A stretch of DNA of 64,000 nucleotides from a virus. The stretch lies in the IMG/VR virus record IMGVR_UViG_3300032116_000016; one strand, 5' to 3'. Under the pieces are notes generated by a model, which saw nothing but the letters and a program-made list of their open reading frames with translations, was not told the origin of the DNA and searched no databases. Made by a program: the position numbers and the translations under genes. Numbering within the stretch: position 1 is the first letter of the stretch; every line of letters starts with the position of its first letter. Below are positions 36,467-48,098 of this stretch, one piece after another.

Positions 36467-37423
36467 ATGTTAAGTTTTCCGACAAACCCAACGACGGGAC
36501 AGCAATATACAGATGGAAATGGAAAAGTGTGGAAATACGATAGCGTGAAGTGGAATATATCCAACACGCCCGGCATCAAACAATTTTTCGGAACAAAAAT
36601 TAGTTTAGCAAATGATGTATTTTTAAATGATACATTAAGTACAATACCATGGGATACAGAAGAATTTGATACCTCTGGGTTTTTTAATGCATCAGCTGCA
36701 ACTATAATACGCATTCCAACTACCGGATACTATAGATTACATTTGTCAATATACACGGGACAAGAAGGTAACGGTGCGTCATATACTATCGAATTAAAAA
36801 GAAACTCATCGACATTAATACAAGAGTCGATGGCTGCTTATCAATCGGGTATATATGACGTAACTACATTATTAAATAGCGGTGATGAAATTATATTATA
36901 TGCGTCCGAAGATAATAATATTGGTAGATTAGTTGAAGGTACATTCGTGGAAGTTCAGTTGGTGGGATATACATTCGGTAGTTCGTTAATTCCTGGATTT
37001 GAATTTAGCGGAATAAAAGCAGAATTGCAAAATCAATTATCGGTATCAAGTACAGAAACTGCTATAGAATGGTTAACATCTGATATTGTATTTAATACAA
37101 ATGCTGATTCGGCAGGAAACGTATATTGGGATAACGGCGAACCTAGCAAATTTACAGTATCCACTGCTGGATATTATAGATTACGTGCATTTATTTTAAC
37201 TGGTATAAATGGTTCATCTGATTCATATACGATTAATGTCAAAAAAAACAACACCACAGATATAGAAACAATAACGTTAGGCGCAAACGAATCGGCTGAA
37301 TTAGACGAAACATATTATTTAGAATTAAATGATTATATAGAAATAACATATAGTAATACTGAAAATTTAGGTACTATAGAAGCAGACAATACATTTTTTG
37401 AATTAACACGGTTAGGAGTATAG
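36467..37423 (+). CDS. Fibre-associated protein with two C1q/TNF-like beta-sandwich domains
   Basis: FPTNPTTGQQYT...WKYDSVKW leader, then two copies of W[DL]T..FxT...F...I/TxxTxGYYRL...LxxxDxIxx. Confidence 0.6.
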   Translation: MLSFPTNPTTGQQYTDGNGKVWKYDSVKWNISNTPGIKQFFGTKISLANDVFLNDTLSTIPWDTEEFDTSGFFNASAATIIRIPTTGYYRLHLSIYTGQEGNGASYTIELKRNSSTLIQESMAAYQSGIYDVTTLLNSGDEIILYASEDNNIGRLVEGTFVEVQLVGYTFGSSLIPGFEFSGIKAELQNQLSVSSTETAIEWLTSDIVFNTNADSAGNVYWDNGEPSKFTVSTAGYYRLRAFILTGINGSSDSYTINVKKNNTTDIETITLGANESAELDETYYLELNDYIEITYSNTENLGTIEADNTFFELTRLGV

Positions 37424-37424
37424 T

Positions 37425-37790
37425 ATGGCATTTATCAAATCGACAAATCTTATTACTGACGTTGCACTCACTGTAGATGGTTTGGTAGGTGGAACTAATG
37501 GTAAAATAGTACGAATAAGTGGAAACAATACTGTAACCAACGCAAGTTATAATGACACGGCATCTCAATTAAATGCAGTACTATTTAAACAGGCAGGCGT
37601 ATATTACGCAGCAGGTGTAATACCGGAATTAAGTGGACTTGTAGCAGGCGCTCCATATTTTCTTGATGAGTTTGGTGGATTAACTTCATCACCACCAACA
37701 CCATCTTCAACAATTCGAGTATTATATATTGGATTTGCAATTAATACTACTGATTTACTTTTCCGTCCTGGTATTCCTATCTCGGGTTAA
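37425..37790 (+). CDS. Small virion protein (capsid-cement/collar-like fold)
   Basis: VRISGNNTV...GLVAGAPYFLDEFGGLT..PP...IGFAINTTDL motif, common in phage structural modules. Confidence 0.5.
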   Translation: MAFIKSTNLITDVALTVDGLVGGTNGKIVRISGNNTVTNASYNDTASQLNAVLFKQAGVYYAAGVIPELSGLVAGAPYFLDEFGGLTSSPPTPSSTIRVLYIGFAINTTDLLFRPGIPISG

Positions 37791-37792
37791 TT

Positions 37793-38434
37793 ATGGCACA
37801 AATTTATAATTGGAACGTAGAAGGTTTTCGTAATTCCTATGAAAAATACGTATACAAACAAAAAGGATGTAAAGCTAAACACATAAAGAGTTGTGTGTGT
37901 ACTGGAAAACTGGCAACATACTGTCGTCAGTATTTTACATCTATGAAAATGTTTGATATCCGTGCGCAACATATTGTCACACATTTTAATCTTGCCGCAG
38001 GTAGTCGGGTGTTGGTCGCAGGATGTGCATTAGGATTTTTGATGGAATCATTACAAAAGTTGGGTATGGTCGTATACGGATTTGATAATTCATCTTATAT
38101 TCAATTACTAACCAAAGACCCCAAAAATCCAGAAAAAATACAATTTCCAATTCATAATATTGATATTACGTCAAGTAACTTTACTACCGAAATACAACAA
38201 GCAACGGGTCACACCGCATTTGATTGTATAGTGACTGAAGATGTACTCCCGTCATTTGATGACTTTACACAAATTATTTTTAATTGTAATAGTGTGTCAC
38301 AGAAGGTATTTCATATTGTAGATTTAGATTGTGGTGAAGCATTTACTAATAAAACAGTAGAGCAATGGATCGATGTCAGTCCTTCACATACGTGGGCAAA
38401 TTACGAAGGAGTAGTGTTAAATGCCAATAACTAA
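37793..38434 (+). CDS. Class I SAM-dependent methyltransferase
   Basis: VLVAGCALGFL...VYGFDNS (motif I and acidic strand) and FDCIVTEDV. Confidence 0.7.
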   Translation: MAQIYNWNVEGFRNSYEKYVYKQKGCKAKHIKSCVCTGKLATYCRQYFTSMKMFDIRAQHIVTHFNLAAGSRVLVAGCALGFLMESLQKLGMVVYGFDNSSYIQLLTKDPKNPEKIQFPIHNIDITSSNFTTEIQQATGHTAFDCIVTEDVLPSFDDFTQIIFNCNSVSQKVFHIVDLDCGEAFTNKTVEQWIDVSPSHTWANYEGVVLNANN

Positions 38435-41400
38435 TGTCACTAGAAGTGTAGACCTTAATAATACTAAATGGTATCTCCCACATCCCGCAGGTTGCGGGAT
38501 GGACGAGGGATATTATATTATTTATTCAGCAAGTTCCACATCTAATCAGATCAATAACGGCTCTGGATTAATTAGAGCGTATAAATGGAATACATTACTA
38601 TCTGGATCTCGTACTGATGGGTTTCACACGATAACAGGAACCGTACAATTAGTATCGGAAAGTTTAAGTGGGTCTAGCAATTGGGTCAATTATCACGGTA
38701 GTGATATTATTCATATTGGTCGTGGTGTAAACGATATTACTGGTGTTCGTGAAGATGATGCGTTTTTCTTTGCTCATTTAGGACAATATGGTACGACTAG
38801 TGCGACACTTGACGATTTCTTCTATTGGGATCGTTTGTATGTACCGACCGGATCATATACTTGGGATTTTTATCAATATCATGCACACAATCCTACGTCA
38901 TATGCGACATTTAATAATGGTCGATTTGTAATGGGAGCAGAAGATAGACAAGGACCAACTGGAATTGAAGAATATGGGCATATGATTAACGTGTCTGTAA
39001 AATCTGGAGCAACAAATTATTTATCTGTTATGGCTCGCGTTCACACACCGTCCGTTGGTGGTGCACACAATTCTCATAACGATTTAGAACTTCCATCTGT
39101 CACAAATAAAAATTATATGATGGGTGGTATAATTAATGGATCATCTGATAGATTTCATGCATTTTACTTGACAGCAAATGGATCACAATGGGATGTATTT
39201 TCTCGTACATTTAATTATGTTAATCAAGTGTTTAATGCCGAAGTCAATCATGGGACATATGATTTAGCAGATGCACAGATTGCTAGAACACCAGGGTCGT
39301 CTAGTTTGTATCCATTTCGCGCAAGTGTAGGAAAACGTATAGGATCGGAAATATATATTCCTGCTATTTACAATAGCGGTTCTTCTGGAAAATTTGACTT
39401 AAAGGTGTGGAACTTTACATCCGCAAATAACCTATCAGAACTCCCAACAGTAACAACTATTATCAGCGGTTCGAATGTACGACCGGATTGTCATTTAGAA
39501 ATTGCTAATAATACTTTATACGCAGCGGTCAGTAATACAAATGATGGTGGAGTAAATTTGTATAAATATAGTGCTAGTGTGTGGTACAATCAAGGACAAA
39601 TTGTATCTAATAATCCTGGAAAATATTTACGTGTTCACGGATTGAACTTTAATGTAGAAGAATTCAAATTTTACACAATGATTTCCGGTGACGCTTCGGG
39701 GTCGGGTACGACATATTCTGGGTCAGGTGTGTACTCCTTTTCTCCAGACATCCCGTTTTTAGGTTATAAGCATTTAGATTACATCACAGGTAGTAATTCA
39801 TTTATTGTACGAAATGCCTTAACAAATGGCTACGTGCAGTTTGATACATCAACGGGTACATTAAAACGTTCTGGATCTCAAGAACCACAAGGTCTTGATG
39901 TGACTATGCCCGTTTTACAATATGATGATAGCAGTACACAATTTTTTGATAAACGACAAGCTGTTTTGTCGGCCGACGAAAATTTTATACAAGGTATAGA
40001 ATTACAGGACGGTCGCCAGTTATTTGTGGGTACTAAAGCAGCGATAGATGATGACTTTGATATTAATTATAACAACGGTCTTATCGCATTGTTTAGTCCA
40101 GGAGATACATCGCCACCAGAATATTACCAAGTTACTGGACGTTTTGATGACTTTATTACGGGCGTAACACAAGCATCAAATGGTAAAATTTATATTGTCG
40201 GATATACTAAAGATGAATTAGTACCGAAAAGTAGATTATTCGTACATGGTATTGGTCGTGGATTAGTAAAGTCAATGAACACTACAGAAAAAATTGAATT
40301 TATTGATATGGTAACGGACAGTACGGGGTCACAATACTATGCTGGGAACCATATTCAAAGTTCAAGTATTGTAGTTGCAAAATACGACAAGGATTTTGAT
40401 CTTCAATGGCAACGAGATATATCTGGTGGGTCATTAGCAGATACCGCATATGCAATTACTCGGGACACCTTGGGATACCTATATGTCGCCGGTGGTACTA
40501 CTAACAGTGGAAGTGGAAATCAAGATGCATTATTAATTAAGTTAGACTCTACTGGATCTATTGTGTGGACAAAAATGTACGGTACGTCTGACAATCAATA
40601 TGCAAGCTCTGTTGCTCGGGTCACAAAAAATAACACAGATTATATTTTACTTTCCGTTGTTTCGGGTAGTACAACAACTCTTACAACGGTTGATACTGAC
40701 GGTACTATTCAAGAACAAAACTCGTATCCTAATTTAGTAGTAAATAGAGTACGCAGACATGAAACCACATCAGACGGTAGGTTTACCTTTGCAGGAAAAA
40801 TTACGGGAAGTGTCAGTACAGCATCATTTGGAGTAGGAACAATTATCAACACTCCAATGATAGAATGGATGCGCAGTCACAACAGCGCTTCTACAAATAC
40901 GGAAGCAATGGACATGCGAAACACCGGTACGGGTTCTGGATATTTGGAATATGTAGTGGTGGGTACGGAAGGTACGAATGGATTTGCAACAGAAATTGTT
41001 AGTCAAAGTGGTGGACTAACAAGTCAATGGACAACTACTACGTCAGGTTCATATTGGAAAGCAGTCTCCGCATCTCCATCATCGGTCGCCACTTCATCAC
41101 GACGATTTTTTGCTGTGGGGTATGCAAGTAGTTCTGGTACACAAGTAACTGGTGCTGAACATGGGGGTGGTGATGGTATTATTGCTGGATTTGATAACAC
41201 GGGAAGTGTATTCTTTATTAATGGATTAGGTCACGATAAGGCAGAATCATTATATGCAATAGAACGTGATGTTACGACATTTAATTATATCACTGCAGGG
41301 TGGTCAGAATCACATACCAACGGACGCCGAGGATTGATATTTAGATTTGCTCGTACTGGTTTTGGAACTGGTAATCATCATTTACAAGATGAAACGGGAA

Positions 41401-42647
41401 TGGATATGTGGTATGCTTCTGCTTCAGCACTAACTTCAACCGCAAGTTTAGGTACATCCAGTACATCAACAACACCAACTAATACTGCAGGAACATTATT
41501 AACAAGCGCGTCTATAACATTTACTTCAATATCTAGTTCATACATGAACGAAATTTACGAAGGTAGTAATGTGTTTGACGGATTTTTTGGCGTACTAGAT
41601 TTAAACGATTTACAAGAATATAAAAATTCCGGCTCTTATATTGAAGGAGCAATTAATCCTATTAATAGTTTAGTTACATGGACACAAATTGGTGTAGCCG
41701 GTGACGGTGAAGCAGACGATGGTAATATCTTTGCGTACGATGTAATTGAATTAACCTCGGGTAGTAACGCAGGACGTATTGGAATTGCAGCGGTAGCATC
41801 TGGTGACGTAGTAGCATATAATACGGGTAACACGGGTGTGTACGATTATATGATTGCGTTTTATGATCCCGCTAATCCACTTTCTGATACCGGATTCTTA
41901 ATTAATCAGATTGGTACAGAATTCGATGAAGAAATTTATTCGCTTACCGAATTATCAGATGGGCGGGTAGCATTCGTTGGTCGTACAGCGGGCGACCTTG
42001 GTGGTACGCCCGTAGGTGGATATGATATTTTCTTGGGTATCACCGATGTTCGTAACTTGACACAATTTGTCCCACCTGCCGGCGGTGCGGCACGATTTAC
42101 CACCGACTATTATACTACTGGATCTGGGTTAGCTGACCGAGGATTTGTTGTGCATGATATAAATAACGTTATACCAAATACGTTAGCAATTACGTATGAA
42201 ACTGCTGGTGACGTTGGTGGTAGTGCAAATCTTGGTGCAGAAGATATCGGTATTATTTTATTTAATTATAGTACTGATACTTGGGGCAATGTCTATCAGT
42301 TAGGTACCACACAAAACGATACATTAAATACTTTTGGCAAACCAAGCACGTATTTGAGAGATGGTCGTATTGCAATTGTAGGGTCTACTACAGGTGTATT
42401 TGCTGATGATGGAAATTCGTTTGGTTCTAGTGATGTGTTTGTGGCGATATTTGATATAACAACGGAAACGTGGAAAAAATATCAAATAGGAACTGGTGCG
42501 GCAGATTTTGGTAATTCCGTACAAGTTGGTGCAGGTAACAAACTAATTATAGCAGGCACTACTGCTGCATCATTTACCTCACCAAATGATGGAATTACGG
42601 TTAGTTTTAATGCGGCACGTGGAATTAAGGGACGAATAACAGAATAA
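38421..42647 (+). CDS. Large beta-propeller-repeat virion protein
   Basis: 1408 aa with repeated blades (D..G..YVAG.T, GNQDALLIKLDSTGSIVWTK, DIFLGITD, QLGTTQND, QIGTGAAD). Confidence 0.65.
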   Translation: MPITNVTRSVDLNNTKWYLPHPAGCGMDEGYYIIYSASSTSNQINNGSGLIRAYKWNTLLSGSRTDGFHTITGTVQLVSESLSGSSNWVNYHGSDIIHIGRGVNDITGVREDDAFFFAHLGQYGTTSATLDDFFYWDRLYVPTGSYTWDFYQYHAHNPTSYATFNNGRFVMGAEDRQGPTGIEEYGHMINVSVKSGATNYLSVMARVHTPSVGGAHNSHNDLELPSVTNKNYMMGGIINGSSDRFHAFYLTANGSQWDVFSRTFNYVNQVFNAEVNHGTYDLADAQIARTPGSSSLYPFRASVGKRIGSEIYIPAIYNSGSSGKFDLKVWNFTSANNLSELPTVTTIISGSNVRPDCHLEIANNTLYAAVSNTNDGGVNLYKYSASVWYNQGQIVSNNPGKYLRVHGLNFNVEEFKFYTMISGDASGSGTTYSGSGVYSFSPDIPFLGYKHLDYITGSNSFIVRNALTNGYVQFDTSTGTLKRSGSQEPQGLDVTMPVLQYDDSSTQFFDKRQAVLSADENFIQGIELQDGRQLFVGTKAAIDDDFDINYNNGLIALFSPGDTSPPEYYQVTGRFDDFITGVTQASNGKIYIVGYTKDELVPKSRLFVHGIGRGLVKSMNTTEKIEFIDMVTDSTGSQYYAGNHIQSSSIVVAKYDKDFDLQWQRDISGGSLADTAYAITRDTLGYLYVAGGTTNSGSGNQDALLIKLDSTGSIVWTKMYGTSDNQYASSVARVTKNNTDYILLSVVSGSTTTLTTVDTDGTIQEQNSYPNLVVNRVRRHETTSDGRFTFAGKITGSVSTASFGVGTIINTPMIEWMRSHNSASTNTEAMDMRNTGTGSGYLEYVVVGTEGTNGFATEIVSQSGGLTSQWTTTTSGSYWKAVSASPSSVATSSRRFFAVGYASSSGTQVTGAEHGGGDGIIAGFDNTGSVFFINGLGHDKAESLYAIERDVTTFNYITAGWSESHTNGRRGLIFRFARTGFGTGNHHLQDETGMDMWYASASALTSTASLGTSSTSTTPTNTAGTLLTSASITFTSISSSYMNEIYEGSNVFDGFFGVLDLNDLQEYKNSGSYIEGAINPINSLVTWTQIGVAGDGEADDGNIFAYDVIELTSGSNAGRIGIAAVASGDVVAYNTGNTGVYDYMIAFYDPANPLSDTGFLINQIGTEFDEEIYSLTELSDGRVAFVGRTAGDLGGTPVGGYDIFLGITDVRNLTQFVPPAGGAARFTTDYYTTGSGLADRGFVVHDINNVIPNTLAITYETAGDVGGSANLGAEDIGIILFNYSTDTWGNVYQLGTTQNDTLNTFGKPSTYLRDGRIAIVGSTTGVFADDGNSFGSSDVFVAIFDITTETWKKYQIGTGAADFGNSVQVGAGNKLIIAGTTAASFTSPNDGITVSFNAARGIKGRITE

Positions 42648-42661
42648 CGGAGTTATGTACT

Positions 42662-43006
42662 ATGGCAAATTTAGTAGAAATTCTTACAAAACGATATCCA
42701 AATACGATATGGACATGTGGTAATGATGATTACAACACATTAGCTTGGTATCCAGAAAACACAATACCAAAACCCACAGAATTGGAGCTTCGTGGATTGG
42801 ATGCGGAAGTATCATTAGAACTAAAGTGGGATGTGGTTCGTGCTGACCGAGATGAATTATTACAATCATCAGATTGGACGCAGTTATCTGACAGTCCGTT
42901 AGATGCTGGACAAAAAGCTGCGTGGGCATCTTATCGTCAAGAATTACGAAACGTTCCTCAACAACAAGTAGAACCTGAAAACATTATTTGGCCCACTCAA
43001 CCGTAA
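42662..43006 (+). CDS. Tail fibre assembly chaperone-like protein
   Basis: VRADRDELLQSSDWTQLSDSPL...WASYRQELRNVPQQ...IIWP. Confidence 0.8.
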   Translation: MANLVEILTKRYPNTIWTCGNDDYNTLAWYPENTIPKPTELELRGLDAEVSLELKWDVVRADRDELLQSSDWTQLSDSPLDAGQKAAWASYRQELRNVPQQQVEPENIIWPTQP

Positions 43007-43019
43007 TATGAGGTAGTAG

Positions 43020-46000
43020 ATGGCCAGAATATATTCACAAGCTGCACAAACAGCAGCTTCAGGATCCCCTCTAACTGCATACAGTAGTCGTACTTCCGTA
43101 AGTGTTAGTGTTACGGCGGGTAAACGCTATGCGATATTCTGGTCAGCAATAATGAGTCATAGTGCGTTAACTTCTCGTGCGCGCGTTCGACTACAAAACG
43201 TTACTAATGGAGTAACATTACAGCAATTTGAATTTGAACCACAAGACTTAACGGACAGAATGAGTGCAGTGGATGTAAACGTATTTACTGCTTCATCTAC
43301 TACAACAATTGAATTTGCTATACAATGGAGTGCATCCGCCGGTACTGCTACCATTTCTGACGCGTATATTAATGTGTTAGAATTAGATGATGCTGACGTT
43401 TCTTCATATGATAGCACACAAATTGCTACAACAAATGCCGTAGCTACTCCAATAGATTCTATTAATATTCCTGCTGGCGAATGGTTTGTGTTTGGATCGT
43501 GTAACGTCAATACTCCACGAACGGCACAAGCAGCGGATGATATGGTTGTACAATTGTCTGACGGCACAAACACCTATATGGTACGAACACAGTATTATGC
43601 AAAAGATACATTAGGAATAACACCATATTTTGCAATCGTAACGGCTTCTCTTGGTGCAACAACAACGTTTTCACTAGAACATAGCTCACCAAACGGACAA
43701 AATATTGTCAATCAATATCGAACATTATTAGCATTAGACAGGTCTAAATTTGCAGAAACGTATGCCGCGGTCAGTGAATCTGCACAAATAGACTCTACAA
43801 GTGCCGGTGCACCAACCGCCATAATAACATATACGCCAACTATTGCAAACACAGGCAATCATTTAGTGGTGGGTACGTGGACGACAAAAATTAGCGCAAC
43901 TAACTCATCAGTCTTTTCTCACTTTGGTACTTCAACTACGGAACCTGGTCAATATACAGCAACCCGCCAACCACTCCGTGAAGCATCCGTTAATAATATT
44001 GACGAATTTGCACACGGATGGACGGACGTTGAATCATTAACTGCGGGGTCGATTACAAAAGTCATCGCATGGCGTCCAGAAGCAAACGTAAATGCGACAA
44101 TTTCTGATGCAGCCATTGTTATTATGGATTTGGATGGTGCCGTTGCTGCACCGAGTCCAACGCCAACTACAACACCAACACCAACACCAACACCGTCTAT
44201 TACTGTAACACCATCTATTACCACTACACCAAGTATAACTGTTACCCCTAGTATTACTACAACGCCTAGTATTACAACAACGCCTAGTATTACCACCACC
44301 CCAAGTATTACGCCATCTATTACGACCACACCGTCTATTACTACTACACCGAGTGTTACTACAACGCCGAGTATTACTAGAACTCCAAGTATTACCACTA
44401 CGCCTTCTATTACCACTACACCATCTATTACTGTAACACCGTCTATCACAACAACGCCGTCAATTACTATTACGCCAAGTATAACACCATCTATTACAGT
44501 CACACCATCTATTACCACAACGCCGAGTATTACTACCACGCCGAGTATTACGCCAAGTATTACTACAACACCGTCTATTACTACCACGCCTAGTATTACT
44601 ACTACCCCAAGTGTCACACCTTCCATTACCACAACACCAAGTATTACGACTACTCCGAGTATTACTACAACACCCAGCGTTACTAATACACCGTCTATTA
44701 CTAGAACTCCAAGTATTACTACTACGCCTTCTATTACCACTACTCCAAGTATTACGACTACCCCAAGTATTACTGTAACGCCATCTATTACTAGAACGCC
44801 ATCTATTACTACAACGCCTAGTATTACTACTACACCAAGTGTCACACCTTCCATTACCACTACACCATCTATTACCACTACACCATCTATTACTACAACC
44901 CCAAGTATTACTACTACCCCAAGTATTACTACTACCCCAAGTATTACTACTACCCCAAGTATCACCACAACACCAAGTATTACACCCAGTATTACTACTA
45001 CACCATCTATTACTACAACGCCAAGTATCACTACCACTCCTAGTGTCACGCCAAGTATTACCGTTACGCCATCTATTACCACTACACCAAGTATTACTAC
45101 TACTCCGTCAATTACAACTACTCCGAGTATTACCACAACACCGTCTATTACGGTAACGCCTTCTATTACCACTACGCCGTCAATTACCACTACTCCAAGT
45201 GTCACGCCATCTATTACCACCACGCCTAGTATTACTACTACACCTAGCGTCACGCCTAGTATTACTACTACGCCAAGCGTTACAACTACTCCAAGCGTTA
45301 CGCCATCAATAACCACTACGCCGAGTATTACTACTACACCATCTGTTACCACTACGCCGAGTATTACTACTACCCCAAGTATTACTACTACGCCGTCAAT
45401 TACTACCACACCAAGTATAACACCATCGGTTACAGTTACACCATCTATTACAGTCACACCATCTATTACAACAACACCATCGGTCACTGCTACGCCATCG
45501 GTTACCGTTACGCCTTCTATTACTGCTACGCCATCTGTTACTAGAACACCTAGCGTTACACCATCAATAACGGTAACACCAAGTATAACAACTACGCCAA
45601 GTATTACTACTACGCCAAGTATCACGCCAAGTATTACTACTACACCATCTGTTACTACTACGCCGTCTATTACTACTACTCCAAGTATTACGCCGTCGGT
45701 TACAATTACGCCAAGTATTACTACAACACCGAGTATCACACCTTCTATTACTACAACACCATCTGTTACGGCTACGCCAAGTATTACTACAACGCCATCT
45801 ATCACCACAACTCCAAGTGTAACAGTTACACCAAGTATTACAGCTTCACCTGGTGTATCTGTAACTCCATCAATAACTGTAACTCCATCAATAACCACAA
45901 CACCTTCTATTACACCAAGTATTACAGTAAGTCCTAGTATTACAGCAACCCCTAGTGTTACTGTAACTCCTTCGGCTACAACAACACCATCTATTACAAC

Positions 46001-48092
46001 AACGCCTTCTATTACCACTACGCCAAGTATTACTACTACCCCAAGTATTACTACTACGCCGTCAATTACTACCACACCAAGTATAACAACTACGCCATCT
46101 ATTACTACTACGCCTAGTATAACTGTTACCCCAAGTATTACTACTACGCCTAGTATTACCACAACGCCTTCTATTACCGCAACACCATCTATTACTGTTA
46201 CGCCAAGTATTACTACTACCCCAAGTATTACTACTACGCCGAGTATAACAACGACCCCAAGTGTCACACCTAGTATAACAACTACGCCAAGTATTACTAC
46301 TACGCCAAGTATCACACCAAGTATTACAACTACGCCAAGCGTTACAACTACGCCAAGTATTACAACTACGCCAAGTATTACTAGAACTCCAAGTATTACA
46401 ACTACGCCAAGCGTTACAACTACGCCAAGCGTTACAACTACGCCAAGCGTTACACCATCAATAACCACTACGCCATCTATTACCACTACCCCGAGTATTA
46501 CTACTACCCCAAGTATTACTACTACCCCAAGTATTACTACAACGCCAAGTATTACTAGAACGCCGTCTATTACTACTACACCAAGTGTTACTCCATCTGT
46601 TACTACAACGCCTAGTGTTACACCATCCATCACCAATACGCCATCTATTACCACCACACCAAGTGTTACACCAAGTGTTACTATTACGCCAAGTATTACT
46701 ACAACGCCTAGTGTTACACCATCCATCACCAATACGCCGTCTGTTACAACCACGCCTAGTATTACTACAACACCGTCTGTTACAACCACGCCTAGTATTA
46801 CTACAACACCGTCTATCACGGCAACGCCATCTATTACCACAACGCCAAGTATTACCACAACGCCAAGTATTACAACTACGCCAAGTATTACTAGAACGCC
46901 GAGTATCACTACAACACCAGGATCAACACCATCTGTTACCGTTACACCGAGTATCACTACCACGCCGTCTATTACCACTACACCTAGTGTCACTAGAACA
47001 CCTTCTATTACTACTACCCCAAGTATTACTACTACGCCGTCTATTACCACAACGCCAAGTATTACTAGAACGCCCAGTATCACGCCATCTATTACCACTA
47101 CGCCGTCTGTTACTTCTACACCCAGTATCACTACTACACCGTCTGTTACCAGAACACCATCAATCACAACTACGCCAAGTATTACGCCAAGTATTACTAC
47201 TACGCCGTCAATTACTACCACACCAAGTATTACTACTACGCCATCTATTACCACTACGCCGTCTATTACTACTACTCCAAGTATTACTAGAACGCCTAGT
47301 GTCACTAGAACGCCAAGTATCACGCCATCTATTACCACTACGCCGTCTATTACCACAACGCCAAGTATTACTAGAACGCCATCTATTACGACTACCCCAA
47401 GTATTACTAGAACAACAAGTGTTACACCTAGTATTACTACAACGCCTTCAATTACTACTACCCCAAGTATTACTACTACCCCAAGTATTACTACTACCCC
47501 AAGTATTACTAGAACGCCTTCTATCACAACTACACCAAGTATCACTAGAACATCAGGCGTTACACCTAGTGTTACTACAACTCCGTCTATTACACCATCA
47601 ATTACCGTCAGTATTACCCCATCAATAACTAAAACCCCATCGATAACACCGACTCGTAGTGTAACAAAAACACCAACGGTTACGCCAACTATTACACCGA
47701 CTCGTTCAACTACCCCTACAGTAACACCGAGTGTAACAATAACACCTTCTATAACTCCATCAATTACCCCGTCTGAAGTAAAAGTTAGTGATATAGCAAT
47801 TTATGGTATAGAATTACGTTATAAAGTTGGAATGGTGGAACATTCATACATTGGTGGTGTAAATCAATCTTTACCTGTAAAAGACCAAGGTAATATTTGG
47901 GTGTACGGAGAACAATTATTATACAGTGATTATAGTGGGGTGACAAGAGTAATTACTGGTGCTAGAGTACAAATAACCAATCGTAAAGCAGGTGAAATAT
48001 TTATCAAAAATGGACGTTTGTATTGGGTAATTGGTGATGATATTACAAATTATGAGTTCGCATTATCTAACGAATCTTCATTTAGTTATTAA
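43020..48092 (+). CDS. Giant mucin-like virion fibre protein (N-terminal beta domain, ~1200-aa TTTPSI stalk, small C-terminal domain)
   Basis: 1690 aa ORF; GAGGT Shine-Dalgarno; follows the fibre chaperone gene. Confidence 0.85.
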   Translation: MARIYSQAAQTAASGSPLTAYSSRTSVSVSVTAGKRYAIFWSAIMSHSALTSRARVRLQNVTNGVTLQQFEFEPQDLTDRMSAVDVNVFTASSTTTIEFAIQWSASAGTATISDAYINVLELDDADVSSYDSTQIATTNAVATPIDSINIPAGEWFVFGSCNVNTPRTAQAADDMVVQLSDGTNTYMVRTQYYAKDTLGITPYFAIVTASLGATTTFSLEHSSPNGQNIVNQYRTLLALDRSKFAETYAAVSESAQIDSTSAGAPTAIITYTPTIANTGNHLVVGTWTTKISATNSSVFSHFGTSTTEPGQYTATRQPLREASVNNIDEFAHGWTDVESLTAGSITKVIAWRPEANVNATISDAAIVIMDLDGAVAAPSPTPTTTPTPTPTPSITVTPSITTTPSITVTPSITTTPSITTTPSITTTPSITPSITTTPSITTTPSVTTTPSITRTPSITTTPSITTTPSITVTPSITTTPSITITPSITPSITVTPSITTTPSITTTPSITPSITTTPSITTTPSITTTPSVTPSITTTPSITTTPSITTTPSVTNTPSITRTPSITTTPSITTTPSITTTPSITVTPSITRTPSITTTPSITTTPSVTPSITTTPSITTTPSITTTPSITTTPSITTTPSITTTPSITTTPSITPSITTTPSITTTPSITTTPSVTPSITVTPSITTTPSITTTPSITTTPSITTTPSITVTPSITTTPSITTTPSVTPSITTTPSITTTPSVTPSITTTPSVTTTPSVTPSITTTPSITTTPSVTTTPSITTTPSITTTPSITTTPSITPSVTVTPSITVTPSITTTPSVTATPSVTVTPSITATPSVTRTPSVTPSITVTPSITTTPSITTTPSITPSITTTPSVTTTPSITTTPSITPSVTITPSITTTPSITPSITTTPSVTATPSITTTPSITTTPSVTVTPSITASPGVSVTPSITVTPSITTTPSITPSITVSPSITATPSVTVTPSATTTPSITTTPSITTTPSITTTPSITTTPSITTTPSITTTPSITTTPSITVTPSITTTPSITTTPSITATPSITVTPSITTTPSITTTPSITTTPSVTPSITTTPSITTTPSITPSITTTPSVTTTPSITTTPSITRTPSITTTPSVTTTPSVTTTPSVTPSITTTPSITTTPSITTTPSITTTPSITTTPSITRTPSITTTPSVTPSVTTTPSVTPSITNTPSITTTPSVTPSVTITPSITTTPSVTPSITNTPSVTTTPSITTTPSVTTTPSITTTPSITATPSITTTPSITTTPSITTTPSITRTPSITTTPGSTPSVTVTPSITTTPSITTTPSVTRTPSITTTPSITTTPSITTTPSITRTPSITPSITTTPSVTSTPSITTTPSVTRTPSITTTPSITPSITTTPSITTTPSITTTPSITTTPSITTTPSITRTPSVTRTPSITPSITTTPSITTTPSITRTPSITTTPSITRTTSVTPSITTTPSITTTPSITTTPSITTTPSITRTPSITTTPSITRTSGVTPSVTTTPSITPSITVSITPSITKTPSITPTRSVTKTPTVTPTITPTRSTTPTVTPSVTITPSITPSITPSEVKVSDIAIYGIELRYKVGMVEHSYIGGVNQSLPVKDQGNIWVYGEQLLYSDYSGVTRVITGARVQITNRKAGEIFIKNGRLYWVIGDDITNYEFALSNESSFSY
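44150..47780 (+). repeat. Degenerate tandem coding repeat (TTTPSI units)
   Basis: Continuous T/P/S/I/V repeats with mixed synonymous codons and short perfect runs (e.g. 3 copies of ccccaagtattactacta at 44899-44952). Boundaries are approximate. Confidence 0.92.
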
Positions 48093-48098
48093 AATTCA

